64,000 nt of DNA from Pontiella sp. (GCA_050290185.1 JBNKHE010000003.1:256001-320000); one strand, 5' to 3'; shown: positions 1 to 10,278, counted from the first letter of the stretch. A program made the numbers and translations. The notes: generated by a model from the letters alone, not told the origin.

Positions 1-339
1 GGCATCATTCCCGTGGCCGTACAGAATGCCGACACGAAGGAAGTCATTCTGGTGGCCTATATCAACCAGCTGGCGTTCGAGGAATCGCTGAAGCGCAAGA
101 TGCTGGTGCTCTGGAGTTCGTCGCGTCAGGAACTGTGGGTGAAGGGGCTGACCTCCGGAGAAACCTTTGAACTGATTGAAGCGTACGTAAACTGCGAGCA
201 AAACTCGCTGCTGTTCATCGTGCGCCCGAACCGCGGCGGCATCTGCCACACCAAGAACAAGAAGGGCGAGCCGCGCAACTGCTACTATCGCAAAATCGAC
301 CTCGAAAACCCGACCCAGCTCGAAAATGTCGATGAGTAA
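1..339 (+). CDS. hisI: Phosphoribosyl-AMP cyclohydrolase (5'-truncated by window edge)
   Basis: Frame is open from base 1 (GIIPVAVQ...). WSSSRQELWVKGLTSG and CHT...NCYYR match the HisI pattern. Confidence 0.85.
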   Translation, partial: GIIPVAVQNADTKEVILVAYINQLAFEESLKRKMLVLWSSSRQELWVKGLTSGETFELIEAYVNCEQNSLLFIVRPNRGGICHTKNKKGEPRNCYYRKIDLENPTQLENVDE

Positions 340-347
340 ATAAGCTG

Positions 348-400
348 GTAGTTCCGCCTATAGGCGGTTCTGCAAATATGCCGCCTAAAGGCTGAACCAC
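348..400. repeat. REP-like inverted doublet (GTAG class)
   Basis: GTAGTTCCGCCTATAGGCGG (348-367) matches the reverse complement of 381-400 (GTGGTTCAGCCTTTAGGCGG) at 17/20 positions; each arm contains its own short palindrome. Confidence 0.6.
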
Positions 401-412
401 GGAAGCTGTCCC

Positions 413-1870
413 ATGAAAATAAAGATCAACGACCTGATGCAGCAGAGCGGCGTGAAATTCGGCACCAGCGGGGCACGCGGGCTGGCGGTGGAAATGACCG
501 ATCAGGTCTGCTACACCTATGCCAAGGGATTTCTCCAGTACCTCGAAGCAAGCGGCGAGCTGAAGAAGCGGGGGGAGTCCGTGGCGATTGCCGGCGATCT
601 GCGTCCCAGTACCGGCCGCATCATGGGAGCGGTGGCCAGGGCCGCATCTGATATGGGATACGTCCCGGTCAACTGCGGGCGGATTCCTTCGCCGGCGGTG
701 GCGCTCTACGGCATCGAAAACACCTGTCCGTCTATTATGGTGACCGGCAGCCATATCCCGGCTGACCGCAACGGCATCAAGTTCAATAAATGCACCGGCG
801 AAATTCTTAAATACGACGAAGAGCAGATCCGCGAAGAGGTGGTCGATGTGGATGAGACCATCTTTGGTGAAGAAGGCTTTGCCTTGCCGGAAGAGAATAT
901 CGATGCCCGCATCAACTATGTAAACCGCTACCTATGCACGTTTCCCGCCGATTGCCTGCAAGGGAAGAGGATTGGGATTTACCAGCACTCGGCCGTAGGC
1001 CGCGACGTGCTGATCGAAATCTTTTCCGGCCTGGGGGCGGACGTCACCCCGCTGGGGTTTTCCAGCGCGTTTGTGCCCGTGGATACCGAGGCAATCCGCG
1101 AAGAGGATGTGGCGCTCGCTCGCGAGTGGTCGGAGGAAAACAGGTTCGATACGATTGTTTCAACCGATGGTGACAGTGACCGTCCGCTCATCAGCGATGA
1201 GCACGGCGTGTGGCTACGTGGCGATGTGGCCGGGATTCTTGCCGCGAAATATCTAGGCGCTGACTCCATCAGTACGCCGGTCAGTTGCAACTCCGCGGTT
1301 GAAAAATGCGGTTGGTTCAAGGAAGTACGCCGCACGAAGATCGGTTCTCCGTTCGTCGTGGCGTCCATGATTGATGCTTCATTTGCCGGACGCAAGGGCG
1401 TCGTGGGCTACGAAGCCAATGGCGGTTTCCTGACCAACAGTGGTCTGGTCATCGGTGAAAAGGAACTGAGTGCCCTGCCGACACGTGATGCCGTACTCCC
1501 GGTACTGGGCATTATTCTGCTGTCCATCAAGGAAAAGAAAACCATCGCGTCGTTGCTGAAAACATTGCCGCAGCGCTTCACCGCCAGCGGCCGCATTCAG
1601 GGTTTTCCGGCCGATGAGAGTTGCAGGATTATCGATCGGTTCGACGATATTTCCGAAATCGAGGCCGTCTTCGGCGAAGTGTTCGGGCCGGTGGCATCCG
1701 TCGACTTGACCGACGGCCTGCGCGTCACCTTTGAATCTTCGGAGGTCCTGCACATGCGCCCCTCCGGCAATGCTCCCGAATTCCGCTGCTACAACGAGGC
1801 GGACAGCGATGAGCGGGTTCAGGAGATGCAGAAGATCTCGATGGATATTTTGCTGCAGTTGAAGGGGTAG
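413..1870 (+). CDS. manB: Phosphomannomutase / alpha-D-phosphohexomutase
   Basis: FGTSGARG, TGSHIP (catalytic Ser), DGDSDR (metal loop), GYEANGG and RPSGNAPE motifs. Confidence 0.85.
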   Translation: MKIKINDLMQQSGVKFGTSGARGLAVEMTDQVCYTYAKGFLQYLEASGELKKRGESVAIAGDLRPSTGRIMGAVARAASDMGYVPVNCGRIPSPAVALYGIENTCPSIMVTGSHIPADRNGIKFNKCTGEILKYDEEQIREEVVDVDETIFGEEGFALPEENIDARINYVNRYLCTFPADCLQGKRIGIYQHSAVGRDVLIEIFSGLGADVTPLGFSSAFVPVDTEAIREEDVALAREWSEENRFDTIVSTDGDSDRPLISDEHGVWLRGDVAGILAAKYLGADSISTPVSCNSAVEKCGWFKEVRRTKIGSPFVVASMIDASFAGRKGVVGYEANGGFLTNSGLVIGEKELSALPTRDAVLPVLGIILLSIKEKKTIASLLKTLPQRFTASGRIQGFPADESCRIIDRFDDISEIEAVFGEVFGPVASVDLTDGLRVTFESSEVLHMRPSGNAPEFRCYNEADSDERVQEMQKISMDILLQLKG

Positions 1871-1947
1871 GGTTACTACCCCGCACCCGGGAAGCGCTGC
1901 CGGATGGTTGAAGGATTCCGACACTAGACATCGCACTGGTCGACGGT

Positions 1948-4900
1948 TCAATTCTCTTCGGCCGGGATATGTACGTTGACGCTGTAATATCCCGAAGAAG
2001 TGGCCGCATGTACGCGATCGGTCTGGCTGTTGATCGGATAGGAGATGGCCTGTTCAAGGAGCTGAAACCCCTGCGTTAGAGTCGGCGCCCAACGCACGTC
2101 GTAGACCCTGCCTTCAACGGCATCCCAATGGATAACAAATCCATCGGGAAGCGGTTCGAGTTCTGCTGCAAATCGAGATGCGGCATTGGTCGGGTCGGTT
2201 CCGGCAATATACTCTTCGATATTGCTTTGGCCGTCGCCATCGGTATCGAATCCGGCAATGGCGGCGATCGGATGCCGGAAGAATTCGGACTCCCAGATGT
2301 CGGACAGTCCATCACCGTCGTAATCGGTGTCGGAGGGCATGTGCACTTTGACGATGTAATAACCGGCGGTGGAGGCTGAATGCACGGAGTCGGTATAGCT
2401 GTTGACCGGATAGGGGATGGCGGGCTCCTGAATCCGGAAGGGCAGCATCAGGTCCGATGACCAAAGTACATCGTAGCTTCGCCCTTCGACCGGATCCCAG
2501 CGGACGATAAATCCTTCTGGCAACTGCTCGTCTAACGTCGTAGCAAAGTGTGACGCCGCATTGGTTGGATCCATGCCCGTGATATATTCCTGCCAGTTGT
2601 TTTGCCCGTCGTGGTCGGTATCGTTCGTGGCGACGCAATTGGTGGGCGATCCGAAAAAGGCGGTTTCCCACGCGTCGGGTATTCCGTCGCCATCCGCATC
2701 GGGGTTCACCGCAATATCGAACGGATTGCTTTCTCCTGTGTGGCTGCCGTCGTCCGCATGCAACACCACATTTGACGCGCCCACGTTGCCCGTTATCACG
2801 CCCGACCAGATTCCATCCACAAAACCACCGGTAGCACTGGGCGAGATTGCAATGCTGTTATCGAGCGCGCGGCCCAGTCGCACGTTAGGAGTCCTGGTGC
2901 TGCGGTTGGGGTACGGATTGGAAGTTCCTGTCCAGTTCAACGGGTTGCCATATCCGCTGTCGGTTCTGTAATACGCGGACCGGTAGGACCCGGTATCGGT
3001 CGAAAAGCAGTAGCCGTCATACGTATAGCTACTGTTGTTGTGGCTGAAATCGATCATCAGATTGTCCGTTCCATTGTACTCAAACGGGGTATCAAATTCG
3101 AACACCGTCCAGCCGTTGGAAGAAATCGTGGTATTGTGCTGATATACCGTTGTCCACGTGGATTCCCATTTCGAAGGATAGACATAGCTATCGAGCGGGG
3201 TATGGCGCATGCGGATGGTCCAGTTGCCGAGCATCTGCCCAGGGACGGAACTCACATTGAGTGCCAGCGAGGTGATGCTGCATGCGTCGCCGAGTTCATT
3301 CTGAAGATAGATGACCTGCGTGCGGGCGTCATGATAGACGGTAGACATGGGGTAATTCCACGGTGATGTTCCGGAACCGATGTTGATTCCCGTGGGATCC
3401 AGGTCGGCATCCGCCCCTGAAAGCGTGACCGAATTCGTGAACGACGGTACGATGGCATTGAATTGATCCCGGGCGCTGATCGATACATTGAAGGGCTGAT
3501 TCATCCATTGCTCCGTTCCGATCGGTTCCCATGAAAAATGATCGAGCGTCTGCTCGTAGAGCTCCAGGACAACCTGGATGGTTTGCGGGGAGTTAAATGC
3601 CTCGTCGTCGGCGATGGTCACTTGTCCGGTATAGGTTCCCGCTGCCAGGCCGGTGGCGTCATAGGTCAGAGTGATGTTGTCTTCTGCGCCCGTACTCGTC
3701 CCGCTTGACGGCGATGCCGAAAGCCACGGGACGTCGGTTGTGATGGAGTAGTTCAGGTTGGAGAGTGCGGAGTTCCAAATCCGGAAGGAGGATTCGATCG
3801 AATCCTGTCCAATAAACGCCAATTTGTGGATGGTTGTTTCGGATAGCGCGATGCCGGACGTGAACGGGACTTCCCAGTTGGAGAGGCCGGTGCGGATAAG
3901 CGGATGACCGCCTCCGTCGGCGCTTGTTGGCCAGGGTGCTTGGTCAAAATAGAAGAGTTCATCCACCACCACCCATGAAATTTCGAGCGGTTTGAGCGGA
4001 TCGTCGGAGTCCTGCGGCCGTTCCAGCGCGACGCGTTCGCTGCGGTTGGAGAGTTCGCCTTTATACGGGCCATAGACCGGATCCGATCCGCCCAGTCCAT
4101 AGGTGGTGCGGAACTGCGAAAGCAATTCGGCGTCGACGACCGGGTCGAACGAGACCAGCCAGAGTTTATTGCTTGCCGCAAGCGATAGGCCTGCGGGGAA
4201 CGTGTAGGAAATCCCGCCGTCGATGCGGTAGGGGCCGGTCGCATTCTCCAGCGGTGCGGTTTCCGTGCCGGTGTTTTCGATCTGTATGTATTCCATTTCA
4301 TCGCCGGCCGGCGGCAGCGGGTGGTACATCAGCTCGCTGATCTGCAGGGTGGATGCCGCCGGCAGGTTTGAACTCACCGGCGTCGGCGTGGTGGTGATCC
4401 AGTCGGAGGCACCATCGGGATAGCGACCGATCGAGGAGCCGTTTTCTTGTCCTTTAAAGCGGATGGCGTCCACCACGCGCCCGGGTGCGGACAGGACGAC
4501 CTGCTCCCCGGCCTTGTCGAGGCCGAATCCAGTCACCCGGTCGGGATGGAAATCGTCTTCATCAAACTCGCTAAATCCAAATGCAGGGACGATCGTGCCG
4601 TTGGGAATCGGCCATTTGTTCGGCTCGTTCAGATCATCGCTTAAATACCAGCCGTTGAGCGTAACGGGAGAGGCGGTCGGATTGAACAGCTCGATCCGAT
4701 CGTTTGAATCAAACGGCGGCGCGAGTCCGGTATCGGTATGGGCCGTGATTTCGTTGAGCAGCACGGTGGGGGCTGCAACGGGATCGGCTTGCCCGGGCGA
4801 TCCGTTGATGTAGGTGCTTGCCCGCCAGTTTCCACCATAATCGAGCGATCCCTGTTCCTCTGTGCCGATGGCCGAATCCCGCGGCACGAGCGAATGCCCG

Positions 4901-7680
4901 GATCCATCGGCCGCCTGCGGCCAGTTGCGCGCGTCCGAATAAGTGAACGAAACCAGATCGTGGCCATGGAATTCAAGGTCGACCGTTTCTCCGCTGTTGT
5001 CCAAATCGCCGCTGTATTCCCCCGCGATATTCATTCCGTTGGTGTCGTAGATGGAGCTGAAAGCGGCGATGTCCTTGACCACCACCAGGTATTCATTCGG
5101 GGCCAGCAAGCCGTCCTTGAATTTAAAATCGATGGCGTTGTCCAGCTTGTAGCCGGCGAGTAGTACGGTCTGGGTGGACACATTCTGGATTTCGACAAAG
5201 TCGTTCGAATTACCGCCGGACGCGTGATACATCAGCTCAGTAACCGCCAGCGGAGCCTCCGGCAACCAGAAAGTATCTTCCGCGAGCGCGCTCCATTCGC
5301 CGCTGGGCAGCAGGGCGCGGGCCTTGAGTTTCGTTGGTTCATGAATAACCATCGGATCGGTGTAGCGCGATCCGGCAATATTTCCGCCGATGGCACGTGG
5401 ATCGCGGCCATCGGTGGTGTAGTAGATCATGCCTTGCGCGGCTGTCAGGCTGACTACGGTTCCATCATCAACGGGTCCGCCAGAACGACTGATTTGCGGC
5501 GGGGCGATGGACGGAAGAAGACCGTCGGCGTTCAGATATCCAATGACCGCGTCCACCCGTCCGGAAAAGAATGCTCGTGCCGAGGCGGCGGCGGTCAGCC
5601 AGGTATTGCGATCCAGGCTGGTGCTGCCCCAGCGCGCGGCGTTGGCGATGATGGCCCGGTCGATTTGCGCCTGCCGGAAGTCGAGCCGCGCTTCGCAATT
5701 CGTCTGGGTCAGGGCTCCATTGTTCTGGAAATGCTTGTATACGTGGTCGGCGAAAAGGATACGGTATTCGGCATTGGTTAGCAGTTTTTCATGGAGGGTT
5801 TGCGGGTTGAAATACTGCGGATCTTGAAGATGTTCATCCGTATAGGGGCCGGTACGGTCGAGCTTTGTCGAAGTGTCGAGCGCGTGTTCGCAGTCGTGTT
5901 GGATCCACTTGAAGCCATCGGGATTCGCGCGGTTGTATACCGCATACAGATTATTCAACGTGTGCCCGAGGAATTCGGTGATGCCGTTATCCGAAGCGCC
6001 CGTGTAGTAGATCAATAGCAGGTAGTCGATCAGGTTGTCGACATCCAGTAGCTTTTCCTTCGTTGGATCCAGCTGTCCACTGGTATCCATCCCTTGGACG
6101 GAAAAATAATCGGCGTTTTCCGAAAATCCATTCTGGGCCGCGTTGTAAAGTCGATTGTAGGCGTCGAGGGTTCCGTCGGTTGCTTCCACCACATAGCTGG
6201 GGGTATCGGCCCATGAAGTGCTCTTGACCACGTCGTAGTCTTCCGGACTCCCGCCAAAATAGGAGGCTCCATAGCTGGCTTCCGGGCGCTCCTCCGTCAT
6301 GTAGATACCCCAGTATTTTCCGTTGAGATAGAGGTGGTAGTAGCGGCTGCGGGTATACGCCACATCCATCGCTCCCGCCGAGTCGCGGGTAAAGACATCC
6401 CGCAGGAACGTGTTTTTTTCCTGGTGATCTACCGGGAGGGTCCAGTTGTAGTTGATCGCGGTTCGAAGATCCATGTTGTCGAAGGTGTCGACCCCTTCAT
6501 TTTCGAATAGGGGAAAGTGTAGCTTCCCCGCGCCGTATTCCTTTTTGAAAAATAGCCGTAAACCATGTTTTGCATATCCGTTGTGGCGGCTCCAGCCCCC
6601 GCGGATGCGCAGTCCGGCGTTGGATTGGAATCCTTCGCTGCCATCGGGGTTGATCAGCTCCACCGAGGCGGGGACTTCCCAGCGCTGGACGGGGTTTACA
6701 TAAATACCGGATGAAACGCTGTACAAGTTGTCGTCATCGGTGACCACCGACAAGGTGGGGATGTCCAGGAGTGCATCCTCGACCGTGCAGATCTGGCCCA
6801 ATGCGTCATGGTACGTATTGCTGAGCACGCCCGCATCCATGCCCGTAATGATCGGGTTGTTGTTGATCGTGGTCTCGGTGCGGGACTCAGCCACAATCTC
6901 ATCCAGGAAAATATAGGTATGGGTACTGGAGAACGAGGGGTGCCATCCGTTCAGAAACGCCTTGGTACGTAGGGCGGTGGTTGAGGAGATGGTCAGCGGT
7001 CCGGAATAGACCGGACTGGTTTCCGTGGGCTCGGATCCATCGAGGGTGTAGCGGATCGTGGCGCCGGCGGTAATATTGGAAACGGTGGCCTGGAATGCGG
7101 AATCATAAAAACCATGTTCAGGGGTCGTTACCGGGGTTTCGACATACCCAATGTAATCGATGGTGGAATTGGTCAGCCCCGGGGAAGGGGTGGTCAGCAG
7201 GCCAACGCTGGATGTGTCGATCGTTCCATTGGTGAAGGCATAGCCGTAGGAGATATCTTCTTGGATCGCAGGGAAGGGCAGTTCGTGTTCGACCGTGGTT
7301 CCATCAGGCATGACCAGTGCGAGGTATTCACCGGAAGCGCTCAGCTTAAAATTTGTGTGCAGTTCCGAGCCCGCAACGGCGCGGTTTTTACCGGACACAA
7401 AGATGATCAAGAATCCCTTGGCGGCAATGTTGGTGGAGGGGAAGCTCCATTGGGTCAAATCGGTGTCATCGTCGGTCAGATACCAGCCATCGAGGTCGAC
7501 CGGGCTATCGGACGTGTTGTACAGCTCAAGCCAATCGGATGCGCTGCCATCCTCATCCTGCAGTGTGCTCCCGTTGTCCGCCATGATCTCGCTGATTCGG
7601 AGGGTCTGACCGTAGCTGGTAAAAACCAGCGTGCACACGACCCATCCGGCGCATATTAACGACTTCATTAGGTTTGTCAT
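1948..7680 (-). CDS. Giant secreted protein: lamin-tail domains, CotH-type kinase, Fn3-associated/chitobiase-like modules, BACON-like domain, duplicated C-terminal domain
   Basis: Signal peptide; repeated ISEIM/VTELMY/LNEI...DWLELYN lamin-tail motifs; IRYTLDGSEPT modules; CotH-like RIRGGWSR, YHLYLNGKYWGIY and WIQHDCEH; DxDGDG..D.WE repeats at the C-terminus. 1910 aa. Confidence 0.85.
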   Translation of the reverse strand: MTNLMKSLICAGWVVCTLVFTSYGQTLRISEIMADNGSTLQDEDGSASDWLELYNTSDSPVDLDGWYLTDDDTDLTQWSFPSTNIAAKGFLIIFVSGKNRAVAGSELHTNFKLSASGEYLALVMPDGTTVEHELPFPAIQEDISYGYAFTNGTIDTSSVGLLTTPSPGLTNSTIDYIGYVETPVTTPEHGFYDSAFQATVSNITAGATIRYTLDGSEPTETSPVYSGPLTISSTTALRTKAFLNGWHPSFSSTHTYIFLDEIVAESRTETTINNNPIITGMDAGVLSNTYHDALGQICTVEDALLDIPTLSVVTDDDNLYSVSSGIYVNPVQRWEVPASVELINPDGSEGFQSNAGLRIRGGWSRHNGYAKHGLRLFFKKEYGAGKLHFPLFENEGVDTFDNMDLRTAINYNWTLPVDHQEKNTFLRDVFTRDSAGAMDVAYTRSRYYHLYLNGKYWGIYMTEERPEASYGASYFGGSPEDYDVVKSTSWADTPSYVVEATDGTLDAYNRLYNAAQNGFSENADYFSVQGMDTSGQLDPTKEKLLDVDNLIDYLLLIYYTGASDNGITEFLGHTLNNLYAVYNRANPDGFKWIQHDCEHALDTSTKLDRTGPYTDEHLQDPQYFNPQTLHEKLLTNAEYRILFADHVYKHFQNNGALTQTNCEARLDFRQAQIDRAIIANAARWGSTSLDRNTWLTAAASARAFFSGRVDAVIGYLNADGLLPSIAPPQISRSGGPVDDGTVVSLTAAQGMIYYTTDGRDPRAIGGNIAGSRYTDPMVIHEPTKLKARALLPSGEWSALAEDTFWLPEAPLAVTELMYHASGGNSNDFVEIQNVSTQTVLLAGYKLDNAIDFKFKDGLLAPNEYLVVVKDIAAFSSIYDTNGMNIAGEYSGDLDNSGETVDLEFHGHDLVSFTYSDARNWPQAADGSGHSLVPRDSAIGTEEQGSLDYGGNWRASTYINGSPGQADPVAAPTVLLNEITAHTDTGLAPPFDSNDRIELFNPTASPVTLNGWYLSDDLNEPNKWPIPNGTIVPAFGFSEFDEDDFHPDRVTGFGLDKAGEQVVLSAPGRVVDAIRFKGQENGSSIGRYPDGASDWITTTPTPVSSNLPAASTLQISELMYHPLPPAGDEMEYIQIENTGTETAPLENATGPYRIDGGISYTFPAGLSLAASNKLWLVSFDPVVDAELLSQFRTTYGLGGSDPVYGPYKGELSNRSERVALERPQDSDDPLKPLEISWVVVDELFYFDQAPWPTSADGGGHPLIRTGLSNWEVPFTSGIALSETTIHKLAFIGQDSIESSFRIWNSALSNLNYSITTDVPWLSASPSSGTSTGAEDNITLTYDATGLAAGTYTGQVTIADDEAFNSPQTIQVVLELYEQTLDHFSWEPIGTEQWMNQPFNVSISARDQFNAIVPSFTNSVTLSGADADLDPTGINIGSGTSPWNYPMSTVYHDARTQVIYLQNELGDACSITSLALNVSSVPGQMLGNWTIRMRHTPLDSYVYPSKWESTWTTVYQHNTTISSNGWTVFEFDTPFEYNGTDNLMIDFSHNNSSYTYDGYCFSTDTGSYRSAYYRTDSGYGNPLNWTGTSNPYPNRSTRTPNVRLGRALDNSIAISPSATGGFVDGIWSGVITGNVGASNVVLHADDGSHTGESNPFDIAVNPDADGDGIPDAWETAFFGSPTNCVATNDTDHDGQNNWQEYITGMDPTNAASHFATTLDEQLPEGFIVRWDPVEGRSYDVLWSSDLMLPFRIQEPAIPYPVNSYTDSVHSASTAGYYIVKVHMPSDTDYDGDGLSDIWESEFFRHPIAAIAGFDTDGDGQSNIEEYIAGTDPTNAASRFAAELEPLPDGFVIHWDAVEGRVYDVRWAPTLTQGFQLLEQAISYPINSQTDRVHAATSSGYYSVNVHIPAEEN

Positions 7681-7800
7681 AGTAGGTATCCACTCCCCGC
7701 ATATTAAAACTAATATATAACCGACATAACAAAAGAAGGGCGACTTATTCCTAAGGTTTATTTGTTGTTTGATGATGATGCCGGAAAGGAATATTCATGC

Positions 7801-8001
7801 AGTGCCCAGTGATTCTACAGTTCGCTTCTTTGGATCCCCAGGTTGACGTGCGGTACGAAGCCATAAGCGCGCAGCTGGTTCTGGTCATACTTGATTTGCG
7901 TTTAACCCGTAATATCAAAACGGTTTTGCAACATGCGATTCGGTCATGTTCGAAGAAGGAGCCTGCGGGGAAGAGGAGTGTCCCTTAGACGGATTGGCAC
8001 T
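7801..8001 (+). ncRNA. Putative 6S-like rod-shaped RNA
   Basis: Nested pairings: 7801-06/7996-8001, 7814-17/7986-89, 7823-31/7972-80, 7835-39/7967-71, 7840-44/7960-64, a central bubble, then an apical stem 7891-7900/7908-18. G-U pairs favour the + strand. Confidence 0.55.
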
Positions 8002-8067
8002 CGGGCCCCTCAGAATCCTTGAGTGTGGGATTTACGCATAACCGGATGACTCGTTGAGCATTTTTAG

Positions 8068-8095
8068 TTGCGTAGCATCGCGTAAAAGCTACCAT
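8068..8095 (+). promoter_or_regulatory. Sigma70-like promoter for trpE
   Basis: TTGCGT-16-TACCAT ending 25 nt before the trpE ATG. Confidence 0.45.
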
Positions 8096-8120
8096 TCATT
8101 TTTTAACCACGAGATGAATC

Positions 8121-9653
8121 ATGGCAGTTGTACCCAATAGACAAACATTTCTGGAGCAGGCAAAGAAGGGGAACCTGGTGCCGGTATGGAAGGAAGTCCT
8201 GGCCGACCAAGAGACTCCGGTTTCGGCCTATAAACGCGTGCGCAAGTTTTTGCGTGAGCGCGATCAGGCGTCGCATACCTACCTGCTGGAATCGGTGGAA
8301 GGCGGCGAAAAAATCGGTCGCTATTCCTTCATCGGCGGGACTCCGCGAACGATTATCCGCGCCTATGGATGCCGGGTTGAGATCGATCATCTCGATGGTG
8401 AACCATGGGTCATCGAAGATATCGATCCTTTGGATGCCTTGAAGACATACATGTCTAAATTCAATCCCGTGACGACGGATCCTTCGCTTCCTCGTTTTAT
8501 CGGCGGCGCAGTCGGCTTCCTCGGCTACGACGTGGTCTCTCGGTTTGAGCCGCGGATTCCAATTATTGGAAACGACGAGATCGGCAATCCCGACATGGTG
8601 TTTATGGTGACCGATGGCCTGATTGTGTTCGATCGTGTGAACCACAATCTGAAGATTGTTGCCAACGCGCACATTGATGGCGACCCGAACGATGCCTATG
8701 ATAAAGCGCTGGCGCAAATTGATGAGTTGACCGAAGCACTGCAGACGTCGGTGGGGCGCGTACTGATTGATACACACACTGAAGTACAGCCGCTTGAACC
8801 GAAGTCGAATACCTCGAAAGAAGAATTTCTCGATATGGTCGAAAAGACCCAGGAATACATTCGTTCCGGCGATGTGATCCAGACCGTGATTTCCCAACGC
8901 TTCGAGGTGGAAAATGAAGCTGACTCTCTCGATGTTTACCGGGCGCTGCGAGCGATCAATCCCTCTCCGTACATGTTCTGTCTCGATATGGGTGAGAGCG
9001 CCATTGTCGGCACGTCACCGGAAATCCTGGTGCGCTGCGAAGATAAAAAGGTGGAGGTGCGGCCCATTGCCGGAACACGCCCGCGGGGTAAAACGCCCGA
9101 AGAGGATCTTGCCCTGGAAAAAGATCTCCTGGCCGATCCGAAAGAGCGCGCGGAGCACATCATGCTGGTGGATCTGGGGCGCAACGATATTGGCCGCGTC
9201 TGTAACTTTAATTCCATTGAAGTACCCGATCTGATGGTGATCGAGCGTTACAGCCATGTGATGCATATTGTTTCCGACGTTATAGGGGATCTCGCTCCCG
9301 GGCACGATGAATATGATTTGGTTCGCGCCTGCTTCCCGGCCGGTACCGTGAGCGGTGCTCCGAAGATCCGGGCCATGGAAATCATCGCCGAGTTGGAAAA
9401 AAGCAAGCGCGGCCCCTATGCGGGCGCGGTAGGCTATTTCAACTATAACGGAAACTTTGATTCCGCCATCACCATTCGCACAGTCATCCTCGATAAGAAC
9501 AAGGCCTACGTTCAGGCCGGTGCGGGTATCGTTGCCGATTCCGTGCCGATTAACGAATACGAGGAAACACGCAACAAAGCCCGCGGCATGATGAAGGCGC
9601 TGGCCCTTGCCAAGCACTACCACGCCGCCCGGACGGCAGGAGAGAAATCATGA
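8121..9653 (+). CDS. trpE: Anthranilate synthase component I
   Basis: [65 protein letters not shown]. Confidence 0.93.
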   Translation: MAVVPNRQTFLEQAKKGNLVPVWKEVLADQETPVSAYKRVRKFLRERDQASHTYLLESVEGGEKIGRYSFIGGTPRTIIRAYGCRVEIDHLDGEPWVIEDIDPLDALKTYMSKFNPVTTDPSLPRFIGGAVGFLGYDVVSRFEPRIPIIGNDEIGNPDMVFMVTDGLIVFDRVNHNLKIVANAHIDGDPNDAYDKALAQIDELTEALQTSVGRVLIDTHTEVQPLEPKSNTSKEEFLDMVEKTQEYIRSGDVIQTVISQRFEVENEADSLDVYRALRAINPSPYMFCLDMGESAIVGTSPEILVRCEDKKVEVRPIAGTRPRGKTPEEDLALEKDLLADPKERAEHIMLVDLGRNDIGRVCNFNSIEVPDLMVIERYSHVMHIVSDVIGDLAPGHDEYDLVRACFPAGTVSGAPKIRAMEIIAELEKSKRGPYAGAVGYFNYNGNFDSAITIRTVILDKNKAYVQAGAGIVADSVPINEYEETRNKARGMMKALALAKHYHAARTAGEKS

Positions 9654-10213
9654 TTTTGGTTATCGATAACTACGATTCGTTCACCTTCAACCTCGTGCAG
9701 TATCTGGGCGAGCTGGGTGCTGAAATGAAGATCTTTCGTAACGATAAGATCTCGATAGAGGAAGCGGTGGCGCTAAAGCCGGAAAAAATATTGGTGAGTC
9801 CGGGGCCCTGCACCCCGAAAGAGGCGGGCGTCTCATGCGATATAATTCGTGAATTCGGACCGCGCCTTCCTGTATTTGGTGTATGCCTTGGGCACCAGTC
9901 CATCGGGGATGTGTATGGCGGGAACGTGATCCGTGCAGACCGTCTGATGCACGGGAAAACATCTCCTATCCTGCACGAAGGCCAAAGCGTGTTCAAAGGG
10001 CTGCCGAGTCCGTTTGATGCAACCCGCTACCATTCGCTCATTATCGAGCGCGCGACGATTCCGGATTGTTTGGAAATCACGGCGTGGACCGCCGAAGGTG
10101 AGATTATGGGGATCCGGCACAAAGAGCATCCGGTGCACGGTGTACAGTTCCATCCGGAATCGATCCTGACCGTTGAAGGTAAGAAGCTGCTGCAGAACTT
10201 TTTGGATTTATGA
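9650..10213 (+). CDS. trpG: Anthranilate/aminodeoxychorismate synthase glutamine amidotransferase component II
   Basis: [37 protein letters not shown] overlap with trpE. Confidence 0.92.
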   Translation: MILVIDNYDSFTFNLVQYLGELGAEMKIFRNDKISIEEAVALKPEKILVSPGPCTPKEAGVSCDIIREFGPRLPVFGVCLGHQSIGDVYGGNVIRADRLMHGKTSPILHEGQSVFKGLPSPFDATRYHSLIIERATIPDCLEITAWTAEGEIMGIRHKEHPVHGVQFHPESILTVEGKKLLQNFLDL

Positions 10214-10278
10214 GTGAACAGTGACGGCTGGTCCGTTGTTTTCCTTTGAAAGAAGCGCGGGCAAAACCGTTTCATCCC

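Noticed and set aside
7797..7988. 63-aa ORF as a trp leader peptide, or a T-box upstream of trpE
   Set aside because: No Trp codons and no T-box motif; the region is better explained as a structured RNA.
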